From an uncultured Arcobacter sp. (lineage in GTDB: Bacteria; Campylobacterota; Campylobacteria; Campylobacterales; Arcobacteraceae), in contig OZ223302.1 of NCBI GenBank assembly GCA_965140705.1, positions 576,001-640,000 on the forward strand: a stretch of DNA of 64,000 nucleotides, read 5' to 3'. Below are positions 31,566 through 42,093 of the stretch, one piece after another (position 1 is the stretch's first letter; each line of letters begins with the position of its first letter). The translations under genes and the position numbers were made by a program. The notes under the pieces were generated by a model, which did no database searches, was not told the DNA's origin, and saw nothing but the letters and a program-made list of their open reading frames with translations.

Positions 31566-31680
31566 ACAAAACCCCCTATAAAAAGCTTTTTATAAAGTTA
31601 TTTTACGCTAATAATATTAAATAATTCTTAAGATTTATAATTGTATTTTTAAGGAAAAGAGAGGAAGAAGAGTGAAGAAA

Positions 31681-31702
31681 TAAAGCCTATTAAAAGGCTT
31701 TA
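31681..31702 (-). terminator. Intrinsic terminator after the MCP gene
   Basis: TAAAGCCT-ATTAAA-AGGCTTTA hairpin. Confidence 0.55.
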
Positions 31703-31711
31703 ATCTCTTTA

Positions 31712-34144
31712 TTAAAAACTTTCCCACTCATCATTATCATTTGATTTTTGTGGTGTGATTATTTTTGTTTTTTGAGTAGTATTTTGTTCTCTTGTTTTCT
31801 TGTCTGTAGTTTTAGGAGTTTGAGTCACTTTTTGTGTACTTTGAGTGTTTTTTTGTGTACTAGGAGTTTGTTCTTTTTTTACTACATCGACATGTTTACC
31901 TTTCCCCTCAAAATTATTTAAATTTACATTATTTACAATATCTATTGCTATTTCATTTGTTTTTTGTGCAATATCATTTGTTTTATCTGCAACTGCTGCA
32001 TTTTCTTGTGTAAACTTATCTAATTGTCCAACTGCATCAGATATCTGTGCCATACCAATCGATTGCTCTTTTGCTGCATTTGTCACATCAGCTATTAATT
32101 TACTTGTTTCTACAATTTTTGCTTCAAGATTAGTAAACCCTTCAATCATTTTATTACTTATTGTTTTACCATTATTTGCTTTTGAGGTAGCACTTTCAAC
32201 TAAATTTTTTATCTCTTTTGCAGCTTCTGCAGAACGAGATGCCAAGTTTCTAACTTCTTGTGCAACTACTGCAAAACCTTTTCCAGCTTCACCTGCTGTT
32301 GCTGCTTCAACTGCTGCATTTAAGCTTAGAATATTTGTTTGGAAAGCAATTTGATCTATCACTGTTATAGCTTCATTTATATTTATAACTGTATTATTTA
32401 TATCTTCCATTGCACTTACCGTATTATTTGCTAAATTTTTACCTTCAGTCGCTGATTCTTTTGTTTGATTTGAGATTGCATTCATCTCTTGTGCTTTATG
32501 ATTTGTTTGTTCAATTGTACCTGTGATTTCATCTATTGAAGCAGCTGTCTCTTCCAATGAAGCAGCTTGTGAAGTAGCATTTGCACTTAGTGTTTTTACA
32601 TTTGAAGTAAGTTCATCTGAACTTTCTTGTAAAGATAATCCATCCTCTTGATTATCCCTTAACATATCAGTAATCATTCTATTCATTTCTATGATTTCTT
32701 TCCCGATTTTTCCAGAATGTTCACCATTTAATGTAGCTGTAAAATCTCTTCTCATATATGAGGATAAGGTTTCACTTATTTTATTTAAATCTTCTCCAAC
32801 TAATTGTTCTAGATTTTCTAACATAGTATTAAGAAGATTTTTTAACTCATTAAGAGAATCTGTGCTTGTACTTTTATCTATTCGTTTATTTAGATACCCT
32901 TCCCCCACATGATTTACTACATCTTTAACATTTTCAAGTAGTTCATTATCTTGATTTATTCCCACTTGAATTTTAGTTATATTTTCATTTATGCTCTTAG
33001 CCATAGCACCAAATTCATCATTTGAATTGATTTCAATTGCTTCTGTTTTATTTGTCTCTTTATTTAAATACAAGAAAAATCCATCAAGTCCTGTACCAAT
33101 TGAACGTAGATTAAGATTAAGTTTTTTAGTAGTGAAAACAACTACTCCTGTCATTAATAAAATCCCAATTAAAGCAGCTATAATAGAGAAATTTCTTATA
33201 AAATGTGCATCTTGTAGGTACTCATTTTCAGGTACAGTTAAAAATAGATCCCAATAAAGACCTTCATTTCCTATAGCAATAGCTTTTGAATAAAAAAAGT
33301 CTCTTAAACCATTATCTCCTACACTTGTAAAAGTTGTATCTTTATGCTCTTGTGATTTCTCTATAGCATTTTTAAATTTTTCTGTTGAAGGAAGTAAAAC
33401 TCCCAATTTTTCTCTTTTTGGATGAGCCAAAATATATTTATGTTGCCCTACAAGAAAGAAGTATCCCGTTTTATAATATCTCGTCTCTTTTGCTTTTTTG
33501 GCAAAGGTTTCTAAGTTGATATCGATTCCAGTTACACCTATATATTGGTCATTATTATACATAGGTACTCCAATACTTACCATAAGTACTTTTTCTCCAT
33601 TTACAGGATATAAATAGGGCTTAGTAATATATAATTTGCCACTTTCTTTAGGACCTTTTATCCAAGCATCTTTTTCCGAATAAACAGCTCCAGGAGAGAC
33701 TTTTATTCCAGAATCTGTCTTTGTAACATATGGATTAAATTGTCCTACTTTATCATAACCTTCTTTTCCTGCCAATTCCATATTTTCGGGGAAAAGTAAA
33801 GTCTTATCTTTGATTTTAAACCAAGTACCAACGATAATCTCATTATGCTCTAAAATATCTTTCAGATATTGTAGTACTTCTTTTGGCTCTAAATGAGTGT
33901 CAGTTTTAAAAGGTGCTTCAAACTTTTTACCCATCAATTTAGTAATAAGAATCGTTTTATCAACTTCTCCTTGTATGATACTAGCTTCTTTAAATGCAGC
34001 TTCTTGTAAATACTGCTTGGCTTCACTTTGTGAGGAATCATATGAATATTTAACAACAAAAAACATTGTTATTCCAAAAACAATAACCATCGTACTTAAA
34101 ACTTGTAATAATAACTTATTACCAAAACCCAACTGGCTTCTCAT
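31712..34144 (-). CDS. Methyl-accepting chemotaxis protein with a Cache-type sensor domain
   Basis: [37 protein letters not shown] signalling hairpin; two TMs; YITKPY Cache motif; C-terminal EWESF pentapeptide; likely start ATG 34144 (ORF track starts at 34234). Confidence 0.93.
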   Translation of the reverse strand: MRSQLGFGNKLLLQVLSTMVIVFGITMFFVVKYSYDSSQSEAKQYLQEAAFKEASIIQGEVDKTILITKLMGKKFEAPFKTDTHLEPKEVLQYLKDILEHNEIIVGTWFKIKDKTLLFPENMELAGKEGYDKVGQFNPYVTKTDSGIKVSPGAVYSEKDAWIKGPKESGKLYITKPYLYPVNGEKVLMVSIGVPMYNNDQYIGVTGIDINLETFAKKAKETRYYKTGYFFLVGQHKYILAHPKREKLGVLLPSTEKFKNAIEKSQEHKDTTFTSVGDNGLRDFFYSKAIAIGNEGLYWDLFLTVPENEYLQDAHFIRNFSIIAALIGILLMTGVVVFTTKKLNLNLRSIGTGLDGFFLYLNKETNKTEAIEINSNDEFGAMAKSINENITKIQVGINQDNELLENVKDVVNHVGEGYLNKRIDKSTSTDSLNELKNLLNTMLENLEQLVGEDLNKISETLSSYMRRDFTATLNGEHSGKIGKEIIEMNRMITDMLRDNQEDGLSLQESSDELTSNVKTLSANATSQAASLEETAASIDEITGTIEQTNHKAQEMNAISNQTKESATEGKNLANNTVSAMEDINNTVININEAITVIDQIAFQTNILSLNAAVEAATAGEAGKGFAVVAQEVRNLASRSAEAAKEIKNLVESATSKANNGKTISNKMIEGFTNLEAKIVETSKLIADVTNAAKEQSIGMAQISDAVGQLDKFTQENAAVADKTNDIAQKTNEIAIDIVNNVNLNNFEGKGKHVDVVKKEQTPSTQKNTQSTQKVTQTPKTTDKKTREQNTTQKTKIITPQKSNDNDEWESF

Positions 34145-34366
34145 CTTTTCCCCTTTATACTTAATTGTTAATAATCTGTTAATATTATACTCTCCTTTAG
34201 TTACAAAATGAACCATAATGATAATATCTTCCAAACAGAATAAAGTTGTGAAAATACCATTTTATGGATATTAATAAATTGTATTTAAGTTATTTTTAAG
34301 AACTAAATATAATTTACAAATGCTTAATAATAAACTTACTATAATAAATAAAAACAAGGTTAGTTT

Positions 34367-34930
34367 ATGATACTTGATTATGAAAAAATAGATGATTTAA
34401 ATAAATACAAAATTATGTCAGATACAGTAGTTCCTAGACCAATCGCATGGATAGTAACAGAAGATAATGGAGTTTTAAATGCTGCTCCTTTTTCATACTT
34501 TATCCCAATATCAAGTAATCCCGCAACATTAATTGTATCTATTGGAATAAAAGATGACGGTAGTCCAAAAGATAGCTTAGCCAATATCTTAAAAACAAAA
34601 AAAGCTACAATTTGTTTTGCAAATAAAGACAATGTGGATAAAGTAAAACTATGTTCTACTATGCTAAAAAAAGAACAAAGTGAAATAAAAGAGTACGATA
34701 TAGAAGTGCAAAAAATACTTGAAGATTTTCCACCTATGATTTCATCTTCTCAAAGTGCTTTGTTTTGTGAATATTACGACACAGTGAAAATTCCTGGAAA
34801 AACTACACCTCTTATTTTAGAGATAAAAAAGCAGTTCATAGAAGATGATAGAATCAATGAAAAAATGCATGTAAATGTGGAAAATATTGGAAGAAGTGGA
34901 GCTTTTTTTAAAGCTATGGTAGACCTTTAA
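34367..34930 (+). CDS. Flavin reductase-like (FMN split-barrel) protein
   Basis: [11 protein letters not shown]...NAAPFSYF...KDSLANI motifs. Confidence 0.85.
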   Translation: MILDYEKIDDLNKYKIMSDTVVPRPIAWIVTEDNGVLNAAPFSYFIPISSNPATLIVSIGIKDDGSPKDSLANILKTKKATICFANKDNVDKVKLCSTMLKKEQSEIKEYDIEVQKILEDFPPMISSSQSALFCEYYDTVKIPGKTTPLILEIKKQFIEDDRINEKMHVNVENIGRSGAFFKAMVDL

Positions 34931-36327
34931 ATCTTAGGTCTTACCATCTCTTGGGGTTTTACATACTCCTCAAACTCTTTTTCAGTAAGTATTCCCAATC
35001 TTAACGCTTCTTCTTTTAAAGTTGTTCCATTTTTATGTGCAGTTTTTGCTATAAGTGCTGCCTTTTCATATCCAATATAAGGATTTAGTGCAGTTACAAG
35101 CATCAAAGAATCATTTAGGTATTTTTCTATATTTTTATTATTTGCACTTATTCCTATTGCACAATTATCATTGAAAGCATTCATTGTGTCACTCAAAAGT
35201 CTAATTGATTGTAAAATATTATAAGCAATCACTGGTTTGAATACATTTAATTCAAAATTTCCTTGACTAGCACTAATACTAACTGTTGTATGATTTCCCA
35301 TAACTTGAACAGCGACCATTGTCATAGCTTCACTTTGGGTTGGATTTACTTTTCCTGGCATGATTGAACTTCCCGGTTCATTTTCTGGGATATTTAACTC
35401 TCCTATTCCACATCGTGGACCTGAAGCTAACCATCTTATATCATTTGCCATTTTCATAAGATTACTAGCTAAAGAATTTAAGGCTCCACTTAAAAAAACT
35501 TCTCCATCATGGGAAGTTAAAGAGTGAAATTTATTTGGATGTGAGATAAATTTATATTTTGTATTAGTATTTAAATTTAAATTTTCACAAACAAGACGTG
35601 AAAAATCTGGATGAGAATTTAGTCCTGTACCAACAGCAGTTCCTCCAATAGCAAGTTCACAAATATACTTCATACTGTCATCTATTTGATTTAGTGCTTT
35701 TTCTAACATCTCAACATAAGCTGAAAACTCTTGTCCTAAAGTAAGTGGAGTAGCATCTTGAAGGTGTGTTCTTCCTATTTTAATGATATTTTCAAACTCT
35801 TTTGTTTTATTTTCTAGGGTTGTTTTTAGTTGATTTATTGAAGGGATTAGTTGTTTTTGTAACTCTAAAACAAAAGCTATTCTCATGGCACTAGGATATG
35901 TGTCATTTGAACTTTGTCCCTTATTTACATCATCATTTGGATGTATTAGTTTTTCGACTCTAAAATCTTTTCCTAAAAATTCAGTTGATCTTGAAGCTAT
36001 TACTTCATTTAGGTTCATATTTGATTGGGTTCCACTTCCTGTTTGCCAAACAGCTAAAGGGAAATTATCATCAAGTTTTCCCTCAATTATTTCATCACAA
36101 ACTTTTGATATAACATCTTTTTTTTCTATTGGAAGTTTTTTTAAATCAAAATTTACTATTGCGCATGATTTTTTTAAATATGCAAAAGCTTTGATTATCT
36201 CTTTTGGCATTTTTTCAATACCAATGGGAAAGTTTTCCAAACTTCTTTGGGTCTGAGCTGCCCAATATTTATCATTTGGAACCTTGATTTCTCCCATAGT
36301 ATCTTTTTCAATTCTATAATCCATCAT
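34927..36327 (-). CDS. fumC: Class II fumarate hydratase
   Basis: [27 protein letters not shown] and [11 protein letters not shown] motifs. Confidence 0.97.
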   Translation of the reverse strand: MMDYRIEKDTMGEIKVPNDKYWAAQTQRSLENFPIGIEKMPKEIIKAFAYLKKSCAIVNFDLKKLPIEKKDVISKVCDEIIEGKLDDNFPLAVWQTGSGTQSNMNLNEVIASRSTEFLGKDFRVEKLIHPNDDVNKGQSSNDTYPSAMRIAFVLELQKQLIPSINQLKTTLENKTKEFENIIKIGRTHLQDATPLTLGQEFSAYVEMLEKALNQIDDSMKYICELAIGGTAVGTGLNSHPDFSRLVCENLNLNTNTKYKFISHPNKFHSLTSHDGEVFLSGALNSLASNLMKMANDIRWLASGPRCGIGELNIPENEPGSSIMPGKVNPTQSEAMTMVAVQVMGNHTTVSISASQGNFELNVFKPVIAYNILQSIRLLSDTMNAFNDNCAIGISANNKNIEKYLNDSLMLVTALNPYIGYEKAALIAKTAHKNGTTLKEEALRLGILTEKEFEEYVKPQEMVRPKI

Positions 36328-36384
36328 AATTCCTTTGTTTTTATTAATTATATATCAAAAAACAAAGAGATTATTTAAAAATTA

Positions 36385-37227
36385 TTATTGAACTATTTGA
36401 TGAAGTTTAGAACACTGTGAAAGTAATACTTCTGATCCTGACATATCTTTTAAAATATCTTCAAAAGAGTGAAAGTGTGCATTATAAACATAGATAAATA
36501 TCTCATCATCTTTTTCTAAATAGTGATGTTTACCAAAATCAGTATAAGCAGTAGCCCCTGCTGCTATTAAGATACCTTTTTTATTATTTATTTCTTTAAA
36601 ATATTGAGGTAAAGCTTCAAGTGGACCTACTTCTTCTTGAGTATTAAATTTATCTATCATCCAATCTTTTAATTGACCAAAAAAGTATGAATATGAATTT
36701 ACAGCACTAACTGTTCCATAATCATATACAATTCCATCTCTTTTTAAAAATGAAGCGATATGGTACTTGTTTAAAATTCCACTTTCATCAAAACTATCTA
36801 TTTCAATAAATTCTGGTGCAATTCCCTTTGATGATTTTCCCCAATTCTTTTTAGTACTTAACATCTTCCCATCTTGCACCCTATTTGAGCAATCATTAAA
36901 TGCTCCAAAATATTTTGGTTTTAAATCTACTAATTTGTTATTTTCATATACAAAATCACAAATTAATCCTACTTCTGCTTCAACTTGTAAATGCTCTATT
37001 CCATTATGATTTATCTTATCTGTACAAATAGGAAATTGTCCTAAATAACTCTCCTCATTTGGAATATAAAAAGGAAATAAGCCCTTTGGTGCATCTTTTT
37101 CCTCCGTTTTGATTACTGAAAACTCATCGGCTTCACCTGCTTCCCCTAAGTGATTTGCGAAGTTTCCTGCAACACCAAAACCTAAATAATCTTTTAAGTC
37201 TTCTGTATTTATATTATATTTTTTCAT
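36385..37227 (-). CDS. DUF5718-like protein, probable fumarylacetoacetate-hydrolase superfamily
   Basis: GVAGNFANHLGE, QVEAEV, FNDCSNR and KKNW parallel the FAH motifs GxNYxxH, ExEL, NDxSxR and K. Confidence 0.7.
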   Translation of the reverse strand: MKKYNINTEDLKDYLGFGVAGNFANHLGEAGEADEFSVIKTEEKDAPKGLFPFYIPNEESYLGQFPICTDKINHNGIEHLQVEAEVGLICDFVYENNKLVDLKPKYFGAFNDCSNRVQDGKMLSTKKNWGKSSKGIAPEFIEIDSFDESGILNKYHIASFLKRDGIVYDYGTVSAVNSYSYFFGQLKDWMIDKFNTQEEVGPLEALPQYFKEINNKKGILIAAGATAYTDFGKHHYLEKDDEIFIYVYNAHFHSFEDILKDMSGSEVLLSQCSKLHQIVQ

Positions 37228-37348
37228 TTTTTTGCCCTTAATTTTAAAAATTTAGACAATTTATTTTTTATTTTGGGATGATTATTTTTTAAAGTGAGAA
37301 TATTTTCGTGAAGTTTATGTGGGTAGTTAAATTATCTTATGTAAAACT

Positions 37349-37411
37349 CTACCAGCGGTGTAAACTCTTCTCACTGCAGTTGGCGAGCATGACGACTTTG
37401 TTAATTATCAT
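37349..37411 (-). CDS. Putative 20-aa leader peptide MIINKVVMLANCSEKSLHRW
   Basis: GAAAGGA RBS 6 nt before the ATG; TAG stop; GC-rich codons; not in the ORF track. Confidence 0.55.
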   Translation of the reverse strand: MIINKVVMLANCSEKSLHRW

Positions 37412-37429
37412 TATTAATCCTTTCATAGT

Positions 37430-37464
37430 TTTTCAGATAAGAATATTATCCTCTTATCTGAAAA
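37430..37464 (-). terminator. Hairpin terminator after the CitE/Mch operon
   Basis: TTTTCAGATAAG...CTTATCTGAAAA 12-bp inverted repeat about 20 nt after the stop. Confidence 0.6.
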
Positions 37465-37483
37465 TTTAGCTTAAAAAATAAAA

Positions 37484-38467
37484 TTAAGTGAAAAATCTTT
37501 TTTCTACTTCATCTTGAAGTTTTCCACCAGAGAATTTAGCTCTTTGAACTAGTTCCCAAAAATATCTGTAGGTTGCTCTATCGTGGAGTTCACCATCATA
37601 TTGAATAGGTCCCCATTCTGCATCTTGTGCAGCTAATAATATATTTTGTGCAGCTTCAAGTTCTGTAAAATCTGGTTTCATCGCATCTACGATTGCTTGT
37701 ACTTGTGTTGGATAAATAGACCACATTCTCATAAATCCAAACTCATTTCTAGCTCTCTCCGCATCTTTATACGTTTGATATGGATTTTTTAAATCTAAAG
37801 TTACATTGTGACAAGGAATAACATGATTTTCAATTGCTGCTTGGCATACTTTTGCTTTAGCAGCTGCAATTAATCTATGTTCAAATTGCCCTGGACTTCT
37901 CATATTGATAGCTGGAATAGCACCTTGATAACCAGAAACAAAGTCCATAAGACCGAAATCTAAAACTTGTAACCAAGGTAAAGTTGCAGTTTTTTCAACA
38001 TCTCTTAATGCTCCATGAGTTTCAATTAAAATATGAATAGGAATCTCTCTTTTTATTCCAGCTTCTTTTGCCACTTTTTGAATATACTCAATTTGAGTTT
38101 TAGCATCTTCATAACAAGTAGATTTTGGCAGAGTAATATATGCAAGTTTTTCACCAGCACCAGGTACTAAAATATCAATATCTTGTCTCCAATCAGGGTG
38201 TGAGAAATCATGGATTCTAGTCCCTGCCATCGCATAAGGATTTGCTTCAGAGTTTACAACTCTAACAATCATTTGTGCATGTTCAACTTCTTTTCCTGTC
38301 TCTGCTCCATCTTCACAATCACAAGTGATATCAAAAACTGGTCCTAGTTTTTTTTGCATTTCAAAACCTTTTAAAATAAGCTTTTCACTACCTGCAAAGT
38401 GCTCACAAGTTGGGATGATTGGTAAAGATTTTCCTGATTCAAATAGTGCTTCGTTTGGGTGTGTCAT
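37484..38467 (-). CDS. CitE/HpcH-family lyase or thioesterase (malyl-CoA lyase-like superfamily)
   Basis: DCEDG, GTRIH, ITLPK, LIETH, FGLMDF, WSIYPTQ and GELHDRA motifs; Mg2+ ligands intact. Confidence 0.85.
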   Translation of the reverse strand: MTHPNEALFESGKSLPIIPTCEHFAGSEKLILKGFEMQKKLGPVFDITCDCEDGAETGKEVEHAQMIVRVVNSEANPYAMAGTRIHDFSHPDWRQDIDILVPGAGEKLAYITLPKSTCYEDAKTQIEYIQKVAKEAGIKREIPIHILIETHGALRDVEKTATLPWLQVLDFGLMDFVSGYQGAIPAINMRSPGQFEHRLIAAAKAKVCQAAIENHVIPCHNVTLDLKNPYQTYKDAERARNEFGFMRMWSIYPTQVQAIVDAMKPDFTELEAAQNILLAAQDAEWGPIQYDGELHDRATYRYFWELVQRAKFSGGKLQDEVEKRFFT

Positions 38468-38487
38468 AATATTTTCCTTTTTTAAAT

Positions 38488-39552
38488 TTATTTTTGTTTT
38501 TTTGGTATAACTACTGTGTAGTCTAAGTCTAATACAACTTCTTTTTTATACTTCCCATTTTCATCAAATGCTGTATCAAAAGTCTCTGGTCTTTGGTTTT
38601 TAAGAGCAACTGTTCGAAGTCGCAATAACCCTAAATCTTCTCTTTTATGATCGATAGTCTCAACTACCTCAGTATAAGCATAAATAGTATCTCCTGCATA
38701 TGTTGGGTTTGCATGAGCTCCACTATTTATAGAATAAATCCATTGGGCATTTTGTAAACCATTAAATGAAATACTTCTAGCTATTGAAATAACATGTCCA
38801 CCATACATAAGTCTTTGACCCATTGGAGTAGATTTCATCATAAAATCATCAAAATGTACTTTTGCATTATTTTGATAAAGTTTAGTTGCAAGTGTATGAT
38901 CACTATCATCAATAGTAATACCTTCTGCATGATTTAATCTCTCACCTGCTTCATAGTCTTCAAAAAAATAATTTCCACCAGTTACATCTGTATTTATATC
39001 TTTTAAAACTGGGATATTTATTTCTTCTCCTATGGCTTGAGTTTTTGCAAAAGTTGGAACTATATTTATTCCACTCATTTCACCTTTATTTCTCTTATGA
39101 ACCATAACCCATCTTTTAAGATTTAAAACTTCATTTTCATCTTGATTATATCCAATAGAGTGAACATAAACCACTCCACTTTTACCATTTGAGTTCTCTT
39201 TTAAACCTATAATTTCAGTTTCAAGTCTAACAGTATCTCCTACAAATACGGGATTTGGGAAAGATACTTCTGCATAACCTAAGTTTGCAATTGCATTTAA
39301 AGAGATATCCTGAACAGATTTTCCAAATGTTAAATGAAACATCAATAAATCATCAAGGGGCTTTTTTGTATAACCCATCTCTTGAGCTAAAATATCCGAT
39401 GAATTTAAAGAAAATCTACTTCCAGTAAGGGCGATGTAAAAAGATACATCACCATCACTTATTGTTCTTGGAAGTGGGTGAACTATTTTTTGTCCAATTT
39501 CAAAATCTTCAAAGAAGTTTCCAAAATTGATTTTAGTACTTATTTTAGACAT
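38488..39552 (-). CDS. mch: Mesaconyl-C1-CoA hydratase / beta-methylmalyl-CoA dehydratase (double MaoC hot-dog)
   Basis: GNFFEDF...HPLPRT...FGKSVQDISLNAIANLGYAE...GLKENSNGKSGVVYV...RWVMV, YQNNAKVHF and RLMYGGHVIS, recalled as Mch motifs. Confidence 0.8.
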   Translation of the reverse strand: MSKISTKINFGNFFEDFEIGQKIVHPLPRTISDGDVSFYIALTGSRFSLNSSDILAQEMGYTKKPLDDLLMFHLTFGKSVQDISLNAIANLGYAEVSFPNPVFVGDTVRLETEIIGLKENSNGKSGVVYVHSIGYNQDENEVLNLKRWVMVHKRNKGEMSGINIVPTFAKTQAIGEEINIPVLKDINTDVTGGNYFFEDYEAGERLNHAEGITIDDSDHTLATKLYQNNAKVHFDDFMMKSTPMGQRLMYGGHVISIARSISFNGLQNAQWIYSINSGAHANPTYAGDTIYAYTEVVETIDHKREDLGLLRLRTVALKNQRPETFDTAFDENGKYKKEVVLDLDYTVVIPKKQK

Positions 39553-39561
39553 TTTTCTTCC

Positions 39562-42081
39562 TTATTTACCAAATAGATTTTGACCTAAAGATTTATATGT
39601 TTCATAAAGAGTTATCATCTTTTTAGCCCATTTGATTCTACTAATATCAACAAGTTTATCTTGATATAAAATTACTTCTTTCCCATCTTTTACAGCATCT
39701 TCATATAAAGAAATCATCTCTTCATACTCTTTTACCTCTTCTCTTTTTGGAGTAAATATATCATTTATATACTCTATTTGTACAGGATGAACTAAAGCTT
39801 TTCCATCAAATCCTAAATCAAAAGCATCTTTTGTAGAATCTTCACAAGCAAACTCATCATGTACATCATAATGTGGTCCATCAATTACTACTTTATCATA
39901 TGCTTTAGCAGCAAGTGCTATTTGAGATAGATAGTTAATAATAGCTTTTGAACCTTTTTTTACATCTATTTGAAGTCTATTTGCAAGTTTATTAGAACCT
40001 GCAACTACAACTTCAACTCTAGAAGTTGCAGCACATATCTCTTGGATATTTAAAACTGCCAAGGGTGACTCTATCATTATCATCATTGTTAATTCAGAAT
40101 TTACCTCATCAATCAATTTTGCTGCTTCTAAAACATCTTCTTTATTATCAATTTTAGAAAATAGTATTCCATCAAGCTCTAGCTCTTTTGCAAGTTCTAA
40201 ATCCTTTTGCAAATCTTCACTTCCTAAATTATTAACCCTAAGAACTCTTTCTGATTCTCCAAATTTTGAACCCTCTTCTTTAAATACCTCTTTTAAAACA
40301 GCTCTTCCAGCCTCTTTTTGTTCTGTTAAAATAGCTTCCAAATCAAAAATTACAGTATCTGCTAAAACAGTTTTTGCTTTTTTCACATACTTTTTATTGT
40401 ATGAAGGAACATATAAAAGTGATCTTCTCGCTTTATATTCTATAATCTCTTCACCAACACTTAAAGCAGCCTCTTGTTCATGGATGTTTTTAACAAGTTG
40501 TTTTCTTAAAACTTTACCATTTTTAGTTCTTGGATAATCACTCATGGCAAATATTCTTTTAGGCGCTTTGTATTTTGCCAAGTTTTCTTGAGAATATTTT
40601 AAAATCTCAGCCTCTTCCTCTTCACTTAAAGGCTTATGTCCAATTACGGCAATAGCAACTAAAGTTTTATCCTTTTCAATATCTAAACCAAAAGCAACAC
40701 AATCGGCAACTTTATCATGGGTTTTTACAACTCTTTCAATCTCATGTGGAGATACTCTAAAGCCAAAGGTATTGATAATATCATCTTTTCTACCTATGAA
40801 CCAAATATATCCATCTTTGTCTTTTTTAGCATAATCACCTGTAAAAAAGTATCCATCATGTTTAGCTTTTGCTGTTTCATCATCCAATTGCCAATACTCT
40901 AAAAATAAACCTGGATCATCAACTCCAATACAAATCATTCCCTCTTCTTCAGTTCCAACTTCTTCTAAAGTATTTGGATCTAACAGTTTTACGATATGTC
41001 CTGGTTGTACAAAGCCTGCACTTCCTGGTCTTATTGGATTATTAACAGAGTGTGAAATATAATAAGAACATTCACTCATACCTATTGCTTCATAAATATC
41101 TTGTTTAAATCTTTCTCTCCAAAGTCCTAACATCTCATCTGATAAATGTTCTCCTGCACTCATGCAATATCTTAAACTTGGACAATCATCTATTTTGAAA
41201 TCAGTTTTTTGAATAATTTGTCTATAAATAGTTGGAACTCCAATAAAAATAGTACATTTATGTTTTTTAATTAAATTTATCCAAGTTGAAGCATCATTTG
41301 CACCTTCATAAGCAATAACTGTATGACCATTATATAAAGGATCCATCAAAGCTGAACCTAAAACATAAGTCCAGTTAAACTTCCCAGAATGCATGATTCT
41401 GTCATTTTCTTTAAAGTTAAACCAATACTCAGTTGCAGGAGTTCTTCCCACAAGTGATCTATGTGAATGTAAAACACCCTTTGGATAACCAGTTGTTCCT
41501 GATGTATATACTAAATATGCTGGTTCACCTGATTTCGATTTATAGTGATTTGGTGTTGCGTCACCATTTTTTAAAATCTCATTTAAAGCATAAACATTTA
41601 TACCTTTTGGTTTTTTGAGATTATCTACACTATCAATTGCTGCTACAATTATTGTTTTTAAGTTATCTACATTTTCTAAATATGGAACTAAGTTTTCATA
41701 CATAGTTGCAGACATAACAATAGCACTTGCTTGTGAATCTTCCGCAAGATACTTAACCTCAGAACCACTTAAAAGTGTAGAAGTTGGAACTGCAATGATT
41801 CCAGCTTTTATTGCCCCAAAAAATGAAATTGGATAAGCCAATGAATTTTTCAAACAAACTAAAACCCTATCCCTAGCCCCAATTCCAATACTTGTAAGGA
41901 AATTTGCAACTTGGTCAGATTTTTTTGCTAAATCTTTATATGTTATTTCATCAGTCCCTAACTTATCATCTTCTATAACCATTGCTGTACTATTCTCTTT
42001 TGGTGTTCCCAAATGAGCTGATGTACAAGCAACCCCTATATTTAAAAATTCAGGTACTTCGATTTTAATAGTTGAACTCAT
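39562..42081 (-). CDS. Acyl-CoA ligase (AMP-forming) fused to a C-terminal CitE/Mcl2-like domain
   Basis: YTSGTTGYPKG, YEAIGMSE, FTGD, GRKDD and PRTKNGK; then RRSLLYVP...IFDLE...LRVN...MIES...GFDGKALVHPVQ. Confidence 0.88.
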   Translation of the reverse strand: MSSTIKIEVPEFLNIGVACTSAHLGTPKENSTAMVIEDDKLGTDEITYKDLAKKSDQVANFLTSIGIGARDRVLVCLKNSLAYPISFFGAIKAGIIAVPTSTLLSGSEVKYLAEDSQASAIVMSATMYENLVPYLENVDNLKTIIVAAIDSVDNLKKPKGINVYALNEILKNGDATPNHYKSKSGEPAYLVYTSGTTGYPKGVLHSHRSLVGRTPATEYWFNFKENDRIMHSGKFNWTYVLGSALMDPLYNGHTVIAYEGANDASTWINLIKKHKCTIFIGVPTIYRQIIQKTDFKIDDCPSLRYCMSAGEHLSDEMLGLWRERFKQDIYEAIGMSECSYYISHSVNNPIRPGSAGFVQPGHIVKLLDPNTLEEVGTEEEGMICIGVDDPGLFLEYWQLDDETAKAKHDGYFFTGDYAKKDKDGYIWFIGRKDDIINTFGFRVSPHEIERVVKTHDKVADCVAFGLDIEKDKTLVAIAVIGHKPLSEEEEAEILKYSQENLAKYKAPKRIFAMSDYPRTKNGKVLRKQLVKNIHEQEAALSVGEEIIEYKARRSLLYVPSYNKKYVKKAKTVLADTVIFDLEAILTEQKEAGRAVLKEVFKEEGSKFGESERVLRVNNLGSEDLQKDLELAKELELDGILFSKIDNKEDVLEAAKLIDEVNSELTMMIMIESPLAVLNIQEICAATSRVEVVVAGSNKLANRLQIDVKKGSKAIINYLSQIALAAKAYDKVVIDGPHYDVHDEFACEDSTKDAFDLGFDGKALVHPVQIEYINDIFTPKREEVKEYEEMISLYEDAVKDGKEVILYQDKLVDISRIKWAKKMITLYETYKSLGQNLFGK

Positions 42082-42093
42082 ATTCTCTCCTTA

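Noticed and set aside
32190..32390. Strong DNA similarity to about 59270-59470
   Set aside because: It is the conserved signalling hairpin of two paralogous MCP genes, not a mobile repeat.
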